In this document: piece by piece, positions 1 to 13,739 of the stretch
Position numbering within the stretch: the stretch's first letter is position 1
Layout of the letters: every line of letters starts with the position of its first letter
Source: Hydrolagus colliei
Taxonomy: Eukaryota
Length of the DNA stretch: 64,000 nt
Direction of reading: 5' to 3'
NCBI GenBank assembly: GCA_035084275.1
Contig: CM068758.1
Location: forward strand, 372,001-436,000
Notes under the pieces: generated by a model
Databases searched by the model: none
Told to the model about the DNA's origin: nothing
Seen by the model: only the letters and a program-made list of their open reading frames with translations
Program-made: the position numbers and the translations under genes

Positions 1-1106
1 GGCGTGTATTGGGGAAAGGAAATAAAATAGGGAATCCTGTCTAGGACTTTCACCCGTTGAGAATTCTGGTAGTGTGTGTTTACCAACCTGCTGTCAGTGT
101 GGGCTGGGCTGGGACCTTGGCTCACTTTGCCTTGCTAGGTCATTGTGTGCGTCCTGGATACTGCAAGGTCATTGTCAAACAATTCTGATGGGGTTTGACG
201 TGGGATAAATATTTTAGCTTCGGGTTTGATGGGCCAGGCGGCTGGGGTTGTTGAGAAACCTTTTTAGGTTGCATTTGTGTCTTGCGTCCCGCTGGGCGCG
301 ACCAGCCTGGTTCCGCAGAGTGCTCCCTAATGGTTCTGATCAGCGGCCGGGAGTGAGGACATCCAGCAAACTGCTGGGGTGAGAATTAATCTAATTTCAG
401 TTCATTTCGAGCTAGTGCAGCATCTGCAACAACTGTTATTTTGTTGGGAACGGCAGGCAGCGCATATCATAGCGTTCAAAGAAAAACCTTCCTCTCTGGG
501 TGGTGGTCGGGGGGGGTGGGAGGGAAATCATTGAAATGGTTCTTTGCTTTGTGCGATACATAGTAATGTAATTATCTCTCTCCCACTTCTTAACCTTGGC
601 AGATCTTTCAAACATTTTTGTTTTGACGCACATTTTTTTTAAAAAAATTACGATTTTAACAAACCTGTCATTTGTAAAACCTCAAGCAATTGAGAATGCG
701 GTGAGCTGGTGGGGGTCTGGCTGTGTAATTGGCTCGGTAAAAGGGGGGGGGGGGGTTCCTGGTGTGGTTTCGTGTGGAAAATTGCTGACTGAGTGGTTCA
801 GCCTGCGTGTGACGATAGTCTCTGGTTGTTGATAAGCACTAGGGGCGTTTGAGATCCCGACGAGGTCTGTGTGTCTCTCTGGCCTGTCTGAATGCCTGGC
901 ATGGCAGTCAGATGACAGCACAACATTCCACTTCAACACATCATCGCTTTGCATGCCCTTCTTTCCCGTCCTGCTTTGCAATTATAGACGGTCAGCTTTG
1001 AAATAATTTTTTTTTGGTGGGTGCGTTGCGTATGTGTGTGTGTGTGTGTGAAAGAGAGAGTGTGTGTGTGTGTCAGGGGATTAAGGAGCCCTCACACACC
1101 CACCAG

Positions 1107-4100
1107 CCTATTTTGGCTCTGAGCACAGCGTGGCGTGGGTATGATGGTGTGAGCTACACTCCGCCAACCGTCACCTGATCATCTGTCGGGGCGAGGCGAG
1201 AGGCGGCTATGGGCAGCGGAAGGCTTCACCTAGATTTGCTGAGCTGATCGGACTGTGCAGCTGTGTCCCACAGAAGCGGAGACTGCTGCACACTGAAGGC
1301 AATCAGGACAAATGGTCCTTTGATCCCTCAACGCGAGCAGATGCTGAACAAAAGAGGCAGCTCCGTGACTGCAAATCCCGTTCATGCTTTGGGCATTAGA
1401 ACAATACCCATGTCTGCCATCTTTCCCCCCAGGAACCGCAGAACACTCCCATCGCGGCTATTTTGGCTCACGGCTCCTGGGAAGTCTGGTGGGTGTCAGA
1501 CTTTCTGCGTTGTTTGCAGTATATAGATATATATAGATATATATATATGTCACAATGTCTTACACCCACTCGCGGTACCAGTTTCCACTTATTTACATTG
1601 TTGGTTGTTATCTGCACCACGAGATCGTACGGTGCTTTGCCATCAAAGGGACAGGTACCAGAGCTGCAACCTGCTGGATTGCACAACGATGAAGAACAAG
1701 AGCAGAGGTGGGACTTCCTGTAGCTCTCCGAGAGATATACAAGGCAGTTTGTGTGGCAGAGACACAGAGAGAGTGTAACCAGACTGTAGGCAAACTGCAG
1801 GAGAAATGATAAGCGATTGTGTAATACTCGATCTTTACTATTCTGAATAAATGAAACCATAATGAGCGAAGCGCACACTGCACCTGGCTAATCTCCAGCT
1901 CTGATTTCTGCTCTGGCTTTGGGGGGGAAGTGGTGGAGATCCTGTCTGGGCCTACAGGAAGCTGACAAGAGGCTATAAACTCACAGCAGTTACCCCCCCC
2001 CCCCCTCCTCCTCCCAAACACACTCTCTGGTGGAGAGAGCTCTTGCCAACCTGCACCAAATAATTTCTGGGAATAGGTGGGTCCTGGAGGAGGGTGTTTA
2101 ACCTTCAAGCGGGTTTCTGTTTCTGAAGTGTTCGAGCAGGTTTATGTTTGTGTCAGAACGCAAGACGTTTAAGGAAAGGGAACGACTGACTCGCGTGGCT
2201 TTCACTCCCAATCGCAGAGTTACCCACTTTATGTGGAAACTGCGCACACAGTGGGGTGGGTGTCCTGGTTGAGGACAAAGGGTAAACCTTAAGGTGTGAC
2301 GACTCCCACAGTCCAAAGTCAATGCCTTTAGGAGAAGAATGGAGGGCAGTCCCATTATTTTCTATTTCCCCCTATGTATATTGCAGCAATTCAGTATTGG
2401 AGATGATGCAGTTGATTTGTTCAGCAATAGCCTGAGCTGCAGGTTCTGTGGAATTTGCCCTGTTTACATTGTGGGTCAAATTCCACTGCGCCGGCAGTTT
2501 AGTGTGAGTGTGTGTGTGTGTGTGTGTGATTTCCTGGGTAATGGATCTACCCAGGACTCTGCGGAAGTTCTATATAAAGCCGGTGAACCGTAGAAATTTT
2601 GCAACATGAAAGCAAGGCCATTCAGCCCATTGTAGAATCACAGAACTGTACAGCACCGAAGGAGGCCATTTGGCCCATCGTGTCTGTGTTGGCTCTTTTA
2701 AAGGAGTTTTCCAAATCAATCGCACTCCCCCACTTCAGTTTACTCCTCTTTAGATATCTGTCTTGTTTCCGTTATATGAATGTAATTGTGTTGTTGTTAT
2801 TGTGGTACAGTACGTTGTTGGTTTTGCGAAGGATAGAAGATGCTTTTTTAAACAATTGGAAGTAAAAGTTGGTGCATCCTGCCTCGTTTGTTTTCAGTTC
2901 CTGTTTGAGGACATTTCATTTCCTTAATTCTTTTCCACATTTTGAAGGGGTTCTCTGTTGTGGAGGAGGCAGAGAGTTTGAACAGCTCAAGTTAAGAGTT
3001 ATTTTGGTGCTCAATGCTTCCTATTCAAGTCTGCCCACTGGTGTGTGTTACTAATGTTCTTACTCCAGTTTAGACTCCCCCAACACCTGATTTCCACCCC
3101 TCCCCCCCCATAACAAGATAACCCTTGTTTGATATGTATATAATATAAGCAGGGAGCAGAGACACTACAGTACAGTACTAACCTATCTCACCTTTGTGTG
3201 GCTCTATGGGAAATGTGGACCTGGGTGCTCGCTGGGCTTCCCAGAACGTGAGTGAAGCTGGCAGGGTACGTTACCTGCCAAATTTGGTTATAATTACTTG
3301 AGCCCTAGAAACATTCCTTTCAGGAGACTAGTTTACTGTCCTTCGGTCGTTGATTCACTGCCTGGTATGATGCCGACACATACACTACACTAGATGATTT
3401 CAGGGTGGGTGATAGTGTTAGTCTAGTGATTATTAGACAAAGGCTTTGAGCCCAAGGACAAAAAATTGGTCAAAATTCCCTTTCCTGAGTCGCTATCCTC
3501 ACCCTGCTCAAAAATGTATGTGTAAGACTTTTCTTTCTTTGTTCTCTAACCCCCCCCCCCCCTCCCCCCATACACACACACACATACACCCCAATCAGCC
3601 TATTGGGGTTCACTTGATGGATGGCCAGTTGGATGAGAATTTCTGACATCCGTGGAACCGTGTGCTAGAAATGATGTGAAACTTTAATGTGAAGTGGGGA
3701 CAAGAAACCGTCTTTTAGAAATGAACAAATTGATGCAAATTAAGTTCGCTCATTCTTCTTACAACCATAACCGGGCACAGCCAGGCTAACCCTGGTTGAT
3801 TGGGTGATTGATTAGCAGATTGCTTAGTACTGTACATACATGTGTAACATTCGGCGGGTTTGAGCCATTTCAGGCTACCCTGGCGGCTGCTATTTATTTT
3901 AAAACTGTTGAAATACAATTGAAATCAGACAAGGAGGTTTAGGTTGAAGGGAGCTGCCGAGGAGACCTGCGCAGTGAAAGGCCTTTCGATTGCAAAACCG
4001 GTCCCTCCCAAACCAAAATGCGGTGGATAATTTCTTCTTCCTTATATGGCCTTAGTGCTGCTTAAAGAGAGCATGGCTGTGATTGTGAAATCCTTTTGGG

Positions 4101-4460
4101 GTGCTGGGTGGGGGGGGGAGGGGGGTAGAGAGAAAGAGGAGTGGCCGATAGCTGTAGATGTGGAGGAAGGGTAGGAGAGGAAGGAAGTGAATGACTCAGC
4201 GCTCTGAGCAGCAAGTAACTGAAGCTGTTATGGCTGTAAGGAACTCTGCCGTGTGAAGAGGAGAACGCAGGCATTTGCAGATTTATCTCAGGATAATAAT
4301 AATAACACAGTGTAACGCAGTGTAACTCCAGATTGACTAATTGATAGAACTGTGAGCGATGCGCGTCCTTATTCCTCGGTTCGCTCCTCGGTGATTCTTA
4401 CAGTTACATTCGTTCAGGGAAAAGAGGGGTTGGGGGTGTGTGGGGGTGGGTTAGCGGAAG
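1107..4460. promoter_or_regulatory. Candidate intronic enhancer region with three CArG boxes
   Basis: CCTATTTTGG (1107-1116), CCAAATTTGG (3278-3287), CCTTATATGG (4040-4049), plus AP-1 TGACTCA (4192-4198) and ETS CGGAAGT (~4455). Motif evidence only. Confidence 0.35.
2600..2790 (-). mobile_element. CR1-type LINE 3' end fragment (related fragment near 14480-14560)
   Basis: Contains tagaatcacagaactgtacagcaccgaaggaggccatttggcccatcgtgtctgtg, resembling reverse-oriented CR1-family 3' tails. A similar motif occurs at 14485-14530. Confidence 0.55.
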
Positions 4461-6319
4461 TCACATCCAGGTAATGGCATGAAACATTAGCTGCAGGGCG
4501 AGTGGGTGTGATGCAGACCGACTGGTTTGACTCGAATGCCCTCTGGTTTGCTCGCAATCACAGTGCAAACTGTCTGTCCCTTCTGCTGGTGCAGGGCTGG
4601 AGTGAGCAGCATACCAAGCAGCTTAGCTTAGCGTTGTGAAACCCGTTCGCTGGGTCATACGTCAACTCCAGAGTTTTCATTCCTGTAAATGGGTAAAACT
4701 AAAGCTTTGAGCAACGCTCTCTCCCTCTCTCTCTCTCTCTCTATAAAACCTTTTCGTTTTCTTCCGTACATAAGAATAATAAGAATAATCCTTGAATTTG
4801 ATATAGAGGCTTTTCACGTCTTCTAGACGGTGTCTCAAAGCGCTTCACAAGACTATACTGTAAAGTGAATTGACTGAATATTTATGGGCGAACATCTAAT
4901 GTGTGTTTTTAAGAAAACATTCGGCAAAAGGAAAATAGAAGTAGGTGTGGTCAACTTGAAGTTGGCTGCTGAACGCTAGCTAATTAACGTCTTTCGTGTA
5001 ATACTGGAATCCAAGGAACCTGTTCTGAGACCCAGTGTTCCTCCTCTGAACAGCCAGTGTAAGAAGGTTGAGTGTTCTCTAATGGGATGGATGCACTTTG
5101 ATTATGAGCTGTCAGGGTGGCGACTACTGTATTTATTACCGGTGAATCCCTGAACCTAATAGTGTAAAGTCACACCGTTCCCCCAGCACAGGAGTGAAAG
5201 TCTAACACTCGGTATTTGGTTTCATGACCGTGCTAGCGGTTATCTCGGAAAACTGATCTCCACAGTAATTAATACTGTTGAGCAACTCAGCATTCGGGGT
5301 AGATAGTAGCGTGAAAAACATCTTTCTATCACAAACGCTTTACATTTATTAGCCTTCGCATCGATGTGCCTTTACCCTGTGATGCTGTTTATCAAAAGTA
5401 TGTGCTTTTGAGAATTAATGTGCTCGATATATTGCTATAGTTACAGAGCTAGATAGAGTACATGAGCTTAATATCCCCTGATGGGGGCAGTGTAGACCCG
5501 TTATCGGAGGGAGGGAGGGAGGAGAGGAGGAGGGTAGTGGGACCTGTGTTTCTCCTCTCATTCCTAGTATGTCACCTGAAGCTGAGTAAGGGGTGTGCGT
5601 CCGCCTGCTCACAGTTCAGACCAAGGAGGGCAAGTGGTGCCTGCCTTGTTTCAACGCACAAAGTGTGTTGGATTCTCTTTGCCTCCCTCCCCAGCGAGGA
5701 GCAGCTGGGGAATGTGGCGGGGCTGACGGCAGCTGGGTTTTCTTTTGTATAGATTAAAAAAAGAGAGAGAAACAAAACACTTTCCAGCTGCGGATCAGAA
5801 TTGCAAAAGTAAAATGGCTGTTTCTGTCTCGTTACCGTAACTAACGAGAGCTTCTCAGTTGATTGGAACTCGTTCACTGGTGGACAAGTGCTTCTGAAAT
5901 AGAGATCAGACACCAGTGATCTATTTCTCCTCAGTACGGTGAACTCACGAGTATTTTTAGCTCAGCGCCTTCACTTACTTACCCGAAGTTCTACATGTCA
6001 AATGTCTGTGGTAAAGGATATAGGTGTGTTAATTGAATCTAAGCATTTCTGTTACTGAAAGCTTGGTTGTCAGAATATCCTGTGTCTTTCTGAAGCAAAG
6101 CAGGGGAATGGTTTAAAGCCGTCTGTGCCTATAAAAAAAAGGTCAGAATAGACGAGACCGCTCGTCTCTAAAGACAGGGTAAATTATTCCCAGGTCCGTA
6201 AACAATATTGTTGTTGTGCTAGCGATGGAAATATACCATCCAGTACGCTACAGTCATTTTCATCAGCAGTGGATGGGTTACTGAAGTTGACATCCTCTTG
6301 CGTTATATATCCAGCAATC

Positions 6320-6465
6320 ATTGCTATGGCAACCCTCGGCGTGTTGGTTAAGAGTTAGTTGTGTCTTGGCTCCGGTAATGAGCAGGAGCTGAGAGCTTTC
6401 ACCTTTCCCCCTTCAGCTGAGGTCCACGTGACTGGGCCACATTAACTGCGCCCAATCAGGAAGCA
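6320..6465. promoter_or_regulatory. Candidate intronic promoter/enhancer motif cluster
   Basis: RFX X-box-like ATTGCTATGGCAAC (6320-6333), CACGTGAC E-box (6425-6432), and CCAATCAGGAAG combining CCAAT and ETS (~6452-6463). Motif evidence only. Confidence 0.3.
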
Positions 6466-9399
6466 GCAGTTGTCACCAGCCGGGTGTACATCTGGCGCTG
6501 AAATCTGATCCGGCAGAAAATGGAAGGCTTTTAACCATTCGAGTTGTGACCTCTCTCCCTCTCTCTCTCTCTCTGTGCACAACACAAAGCAACACACACA
6601 CATACACACACAGCCCCTTTCCTGATTTCAAATGGGTCCCTGGTCATTTCCAGTTCCATTCTATCTGTGCAATTAACAAGCAGGATGAACTGCCGAGCAA
6701 TGCGGATCGGATCCCTCAGACTTCGATTTGTGTTACATTTCAACCATCTACCAGTACAGTATATGTCAACCCACTCTGTGCTGCAAACGGCGACACGGTG
6801 GGGGGTACGTGGGATGGGGGGGGGGGTGGCGGACAGAGAGAGAACTATAGTATTTGTTTAGACTTGACCCACCCAGTCATCACCGGCTCCAAAAAAAAAT
6901 ACATTTTGCTCTGTCTCAATCTGGTTAGGTTGAGCAATGTGATTCCATAAGGCAATTTATATGGTTAATTACTCTATAGGCCTTTAACTTGTGTAAGGAT
7001 TACATTACATTAATCGGGCAGAAATATGTGTTCGGCACTAATTCCCTGCTGTCTTTGAGGCTGTTTTCTTTCAGCCGTGGTTGTGTTTTTTCTGCCCAGA
7101 CCCACGGGCTTCTCAGTTTTCACTTCCTGTGCCCTCTGAGAGAACGGCAAGGTCACACTAGTCTGACCGCTTGTGTGTGTAGACAAGCTGCGCTCGCTCT
7201 TGTGGGAGATGCGTCCGTTTTTACTGTTTTAAGCTGAGCTAAAGCAGTGGAGAGATCCGTCACTGATTTTTGAATGTGAATGTTCTGGTATTTAAACGAT
7301 TAATATCTCTTGTTACCATCCACCGTTTGAAAAGATGCAATCGCACCAGGTTCTGTCTGTTTCCTCCTTCCCTATTTGTACCCAATATGTGATACAGTGC
7401 CTTCTATCAATGTCTCGTACACACTGTGAGTCTCTCTGAAGTTCAGCAACTTGTGTTAGCAGCAAACAGCAGCTGATCTGCACCAGCACATCACACAAAC
7501 AGTAATCAGAAAAAATCATCTCAGTCGCGCTCTATATTGGCTAAACAACTAAATTTTTAACTGTTTTTTAAGAGCTAGGGGTTCCCTATTAAGACTCCGG
7601 ATATGTCATTGTAAACGTGATGTTGGTGGCTTAGGATTAAGTGGATCAAAGACCCTCGTTGTTTCAGTAAACATGAAAACCTGCCTTAGGGACATATCTG
7701 AATAGAAAGAGTTAACAGGAAAGGTGCCCCCACTTTTATAAACTGGCCTAAAACAGTTGGGGTGGAGGTGGGGGGCGGGAGGGAGCTTCAGCAACACAAG
7801 AAAGAAAAAGATAGCTTAGCATAATGATTGCTGGATGAGATTTCTCAAGTTGGGGGCAAAATGTCTGACTTGAAGCACTCTCAGCTCAAACCAGATACAG
7901 CTAGACACAGAATAAAATTCCCATTGCTCAGCCTCAGTGATGGGCATTGTAAACCCCCCAACTTCAGCATCCGTGTGAAAATTTCCCACGCTATTTATTC
8001 ACTCTCACAGGCCCCTTTGAGTGAGATTGCTTATTTGATGTCAGTTTGCACAGCTGATGGGCACTTTTGCGCCTATGGATGTGTGCCCAACTCTACATTC
8101 CTCTCAACCTGACCCATGCAGACGACGGTAGGAAAGGACTCTTGGGTTTGTGCAGTTTGTGGTGCATTCATGATGAAGCTTGAGTAGTGAGAGTGTAGAC
8201 GAGGAGCTTTGTCTCAGGTAGGTTCCACGAGAACTGCAGCAATTGGGGGATTGACAGGCACTGGAAGATGGCCAGTTGGCAGTAACAGTGATGGGGGGTA
8301 TTTTTTTCCCCCCTCCCCTCATGTTTTGATTCTCTGGAGCCTGTCAACAGTTTAAAGTGGCTGGAAACACTACATCATTGTGGTTTTGCAGCTGGTTCGG
8401 TCCAGTTTTATTTGATGTTGCATTTATTGTGGAAATGGGACGTGAACTGACTTTGCAGGTGATTTGCCTGCTGTTTCCCACTATTAGCGGGCGTTAAAAG
8501 ATTGCACGCTTAATTAACGCTGGGCGGCCTGGCACAGTGGCGTATTGACAGAGTTCTGTGATTGCAGACAGCTTGTTTTGGCAGCTCAGCTCGAGCCACG
8601 GCCCAGTGTCACAGCAGCGTCAACAGTGAGTCATTTGAGTTCCCGTCTCAATTGTCTGCAAGGCTGTCTCTAAATCACACTGCCTGGCCTGTATCATTGA
8701 GCCACCTCAGCTCTCGCACCTCCAGCCCCCATCTCATCGTGTGTCATTGTGCATCTATCATTATCTCGTCACCGGTGTTTTCCCACCTCGCCTTCTTCTG
8801 TCGAAGGTCTTTTGTCTCCTCTCCATTGCCATTTGGGAATTACCATTTGACCACCAATCAATGTCCTGTCTAGTCCTGTCCTTGTATTGTACGTACAGGT
8901 GAGCCTCAGGCCCTGGGGTAATGATGGGCGGTGGGGGGGGGGTGTTGTGTACACAGCCAACGGCTTCCCTCACCCAAATCAATGGCCTCTTGCAACACAA
9001 CCTTGAAATGATACTTAATTCTGTATGGCTCATGTACCCAAAGGCTAATGAACTCTACACAGGTGCGTGATGTGGTTAATCGGTTTGTTGTTTTTTTTTG
9101 TAAATTATTGTAATATATTGCGACAATAAATTTTTATCAGGTAATTCATTTTCAGACTTTGCTGCAGTCCCACCCACAACCCGTGGCGATCGCTGTGGGT
9201 GTGGTTAGTGTTGCATCACGCTGGGCTGGTGAGCTATATTTAGCACCTGTATATAAGTTGTACTCCGGTTGTGCCCAGTTACCAGACTAAGACTGAGACT
9301 TGACACGCGCTGCTCACCTTGCCACTTACCACAGCTAATGAGGCTTGTTTAACTGCAAAGAAATTCAGCAACTTTCCTACAGTCGACCTCCCCAACTCC

Positions 9400-9750
9400 T
9401 CCTTTAGTGGGCTGCAGTTCATCCTCTCCGCCACCCCGTCACCCCTCATTCTCGCCAGGCTCCACTGGCTTCCCGTCAATCAGACGATTCAATTCAAGAT
9501 CCCGGTCCTCACCTTGAAAGCCCTCCGTGACCTTGCCCCACTCTAACTCTATGACCTCCTAAGCCCCTACCAACCTGTCCACTCCCTCCAGGGGCTCCGA
9601 CCTGTTCCCATGTCCCCCGAACCACCCATCCCACCATCGGCGGGTGAGCCTTTCACCACTCTGATCCAACCTCCGCAGTTCCATCCCGCATTCCCTCCGC
9701 CTCACCCCCTCCCTAGCCTCCTTCATGTCCCGCCTTCATCAGTCAATCAC
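9400..9750 (+). mobile_element. Degenerate LINE (L2-type) 3' fragment
   Basis: Encodes PLILARLHWLPVNQTIQFKIPVLTLKALRDLAP, the LHWLP...FKI...KAL..LAP signature of the L2-clade ORF2 C-terminus, followed by a stop and C-rich decayed sequence. Confidence 0.75.
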
Positions 9751-12700
9751 CATATGATCGATCAACTGCTTCTGTCCTGCTCCTAGTTACCCCCTGGTAA
9801 CCGCTGTGTGTGTGCATTGGCGAGCCATTGGATGGTTCCTGTCCCAGTACAAGGTCCACACTCATGGATTTCCCAGCAAGGCTTGTTGAATGACTATCAG
9901 CAATTCTGTCTGATTGAGGGCCGCCTCCGCCATTGTAGATATGATCAGTACCTCAGTACCCCAGGCTCACGCTTCGACCTTCCTGGTTACTGCTCAGTGT
10001 CTGGCAATCACTGCACACACACACACACACACAAGGACGGAAAGCCAACTTCAATCTGCTGACGTTTCACACACTTCAACAAAAAAAGGCAACCTTTGTG
10101 TGGGAGTGTTGGGGGGGGGGGGGGGGTCATCAGTTCACTACAGATGTTGTTTCCTCCAGCAGAGAGGAAGTGATCGTTGGAGTGCAGGCACCAGGCAGCC
10201 ATTTTTTTTAAGACCAGAAGACTCAGCTGGTTGTTGGTGCTTGTGAACATTTAAACTATTTGGTAATTCGATGTTTGGGATCCACACCCCCAACTGTACT
10301 CCAAGTGAACTTTCATTACAGTGAAGTGCGTTGTAACTGGACTTTAACTGTTCTGTACAGTATGTAGTTTATACAGTGTACGGTAGGTATATAGTTTAAC
10401 TTTGCTCAGTTAAGGCTAGTTTTTAGGCTAGTGTTAGGAAGTGGCTATAAACAGTTTGCCTGTTCTCTTCCTGACTTGAATGCAGTTGAATCAGAGATGA
10501 ACTGATGATCAGCACAGTGTGAGGGGTTTCTGAGACCTGTGTTTGAGCTCCACTGGTGAAGTTTACCAAAAAAAATGTAAATTCACCCATTTTTTTAATT
10601 TAAAAAAAGCAATAGTTGCTTTGTTACACAAAAGCCTGGATATCAAAAAAAGGTTAATTTTCTGTGCCAACTGACTATGTGATTGAATAAAAATTCGATG
10701 CTTTATTACAGCAAAATATCTTGAAGGTACAATAGCGTTATTTTTACATGTTTTAAAAAATATCAAAATTACTCGAATGCTGTGAGTTTCAGCCGAGAAA
10801 TGTCTGGAAAGCAGTGGTGGGTGTTAATGCTGGAGATTGCTCTGGAAAGCAAGCTGGCTTTCAGTCCTGCGCTGACTCTCTCCTGGGAAGCAGAGCGAAA
10901 GGAGGCATTGTGTGCACACAGAGAGATAAACGCCTTCGGGCAAAACCATCCTCGTCTCCTGACTGAAGGGGGTTGTGGGGGGAGGGGAGGGGCGTTTGAG
11001 GAAAAAGAGCTTTGGTCCATTTTCTATCTGTGTCTGTGTGTCTGTGTGAGCATGCGCTTGTATAGAGGCAGCTTTCTGTTCCTCCCATGACCGCCAGGGT
11101 TTGCTCAGCCCCCACTGAACAGCAGCTGTTTGCTGCAAGGCCATCACTGTGGAGGAGTGAATCCATCGAACACTTGGCGTTTTTTGTTTCGAGGGATTTT
11201 TAACCCAGCGTTTCAAACCTAGTAGTTTCTTTCATTGCTATTCAGGCAAACAGTTAATAGTCGCGAACGCGGGTACCAGAGGCTTGAGTGATCATTAAAT
11301 GTACTGTACCTGTAAACACAATTTCCTTATTCACCCTGCGGTAAAAGCGTACTCCCTCCCTGCAGTGCTGTTGGTGGGGTGGGGGGGAGGAGGGGGAAAG
11401 AGAGAATGAACCAGCATTTTTTTTAAAAGCAGTAAAGAGCCGGCCTATTCAGGCCTATCCCCTGACTTGCTGGTTTTGTAGCTCATACAATGCAGTGAAA
11501 ATGTGTTTGAGTACGTAATAAGTAACTTGATATTTTGGCCGATTAATGGAGGATTCCTGCTCTGCATTCAGAAATTTAAACAGTAGAGTTAAAAAAAAGT
11601 GACTTATACACATCCCTGCTTTCTTCATTCATAAAGACTAAGCGACGCAAGCTGAACAAATCTCTCCTGCGCTGTGGCCTCTCCCTAGGTATTTGTGTTC
11701 TGTGATCACAGACTAGGGATTTAATATCCACACTATGGCGCACAATATAAATCAAAGTAAAATTCACCCTTGTGAATTGCTTTGATTTGCAATGAGTAGT
11801 TAACAATAGAATAGTAGTAGGAGTAGTTAATAATAGAATAACCAGAAGATAATTGATGCCTTCCCACGGAATGTTGTACATCTTCCCTCGTGAGACAGAC
11901 TGTGGCACACACAAAAAAATAGCTCTTTTTACTGTCGACCCCCGCGAGTGGAAGTAGAGGAACGCGTTTGGGGAGCGGTGGGTGGATTATTCGGCTTGTC
12001 ACACAAGCTGTACTGGGTTATACGATTCCCCTTATGAAACAGCTTGAAACCCAAGGCGATCAGAACCTCCGCTCGATCGCTGTGTGGTGGAGAATATTTA
12101 ATGTGAGGGAACAAAAGCTGATGTCCTTTCACTGGTCACGTGATGCCACGTGATTAAATCTCAGGGTTGGTTAAGCTTGAATCTTAGTATCTTGGGGTTT
12201 GTGGGGAGGGCGGGGGGGATATGACAGCTGTGTTGTATCTTTGTTAGTTAGTTAGACTGGAGGGTGTCATACACACATTTTTTAAGCCACATACGAGGCT
12301 CTAGTACTGACAAAATTCATCCCTGCAGCCAAATCTCATAAGGCTTTACCTTCTTAAAAGCATTGCCTCAAGAACACGGCAAAAAAAAAGGTTTCCCACC
12401 TGTGCACAATCTAATACCACAATAGCCTTTCCCCACGGGTCTGTGTTTCACTTAGGAAAGCTTGGCCCCTGCATATGGTGTATGGTATTTTCATTAGCAG
12501 GGAGCCTCGAGGCGAAGCATCTCGTTCCTCAGTGACTGATCAGGGGTGGGCTGCGGCAGATGTTCCTCGAGGCTACGCTCAGTTGGGCCTGAGTCATGGT
12601 GTGGAAGCCATATTGCACTTTCTGCCTTCGTAACCCGCTGGGCTCACCAGATGTAGCCCAAATGCTGGTCATGGTATTCAGATTTAACGCGTATATTAAG

Positions 12701-12899
12701 CAGCATTACCTTGGGCTAACGTTTTGTGTGTTTTTTTTGCCTTTCTTGTGTCTTAAGCTCCCATTCAGCAAATAACACATTTCTTAGGCAGAGCGCTTAA
12801 TGCAGTGTTATGATTTTTTTTCCCAACGCAGCAAACAAGTGTATGGGCAAAACAGCGCGACTGCCACAGGGTGGGGAAATTAGCACTCGCACAAAGTCT

Positions 12900-13170
12900 G
12901 AGTCCTGCAGCTCAGTGGGTTAGAGCACTCATCTCTCAAGCGCAAATCCTGGGTTCAATTCCAGATAGGAAAGTAAATTTCCTTAACTCCACACATCTGA
13001 TGATAATCCCTCCATAAAAAACAATAATAAATTTGTCGCTTCAATCTGCGACTGTTTGTGGGGACGCTGCTGTGCTCAATTGGCTACCGAGTTTCGTCCA
13101 CATATATACAGTCAATTTCAGTTTTCAGTATATTCTGAAAAGCGCTCTGAAGTGTCTTTGAGACCATATT
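12900..13170 (+). mobile_element. tRNA-derived SINE (Pol III A/B-box head followed by body and tail)
   Basis: A-box-like agctcagtgggttagagcac and B-box-like ggttcaattcc, then the tgtttgtggggacgctgctgtg...aattggct core and aaagcgctctga tail shared with other copies in the window. Confidence 0.65.
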
Positions 13171-13601
13171 TTTCCTGCCTAACCCTGATAAACATTCCAT
13201 TTTATTGCTGTTGTTTTATAAACTGCTAAACCAAGTTAGCCCATTCAGGTGCTGTGTGTTTCCTAAAACTAACAACAACATCATATTTGTAGAGCGCCTT
13301 TCACGTCTGGAGGACGTCCCGAGGCGCTGAACAATCGGGGATCGGGACCCAAGCAAGGGGGGAGGGGTCAGGGCAGTAGCGGGAGGTGGGGGTGGGGGGG
13401 GCAGAAGGCACGATCGAAAAGGAGGATTCTCGAGACCGGCCTTGAAGGAGGCGAAACTAAACGCTAGAGGTAACTTTAGTTTGAAATCCACACGCGCTGT
13501 ACTGAGCCAGGATCCACGTAAAATAAAGAGTTTTCTGCTGAGCTGCCTCGGGAGTTTGTGATGAATCCTTGGTTAACGACTTGACTGTTTCCCCCTCTCA
13601 G

Positions 13602-13699
13602 GAAAGCTGCAGGAAATGCAAAGTGCTGTGGAAGCAACACATCGGGTTGTCATGTGAGCAGGTGGTTGAAAAGGATGAAATCAAATTCAGGACCTCGTT
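13602..13699 (+). CDS. RNF216: RNF216 internal coding exon (end of IBR domain)
   Basis: ctctcag|GAA...TCGTT|gtaagt, 98 nt. Encodes [32 protein letters not shown](F), matching human RNF216 [33 protein letters not shown] as I recall it. The phase-2 end matches the next exon. Not in the ORF track. Confidence 0.93.
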
Positions 13700-13739
13700 G
13701 TAAGTAAACCAGTTACAATGGTGAAATCCTGGTGCAAAA

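Noticed and set aside
12905-12965. tRNA genes at 12905, 26325 and 36912
   Set aside because: A/B-box-like motifs are present, but I could not build a complete cloverleaf. The copies are diverged, and two are attached to SINE bodies.
1-13601. Additional upstream RNF216 exons or a nested gene
   Set aside because: I found no sequence encoding the expected preceding exon (RCPxCxFPALLD...CPNPxCRK) or any other recognisable protein. Treated as one large intron.
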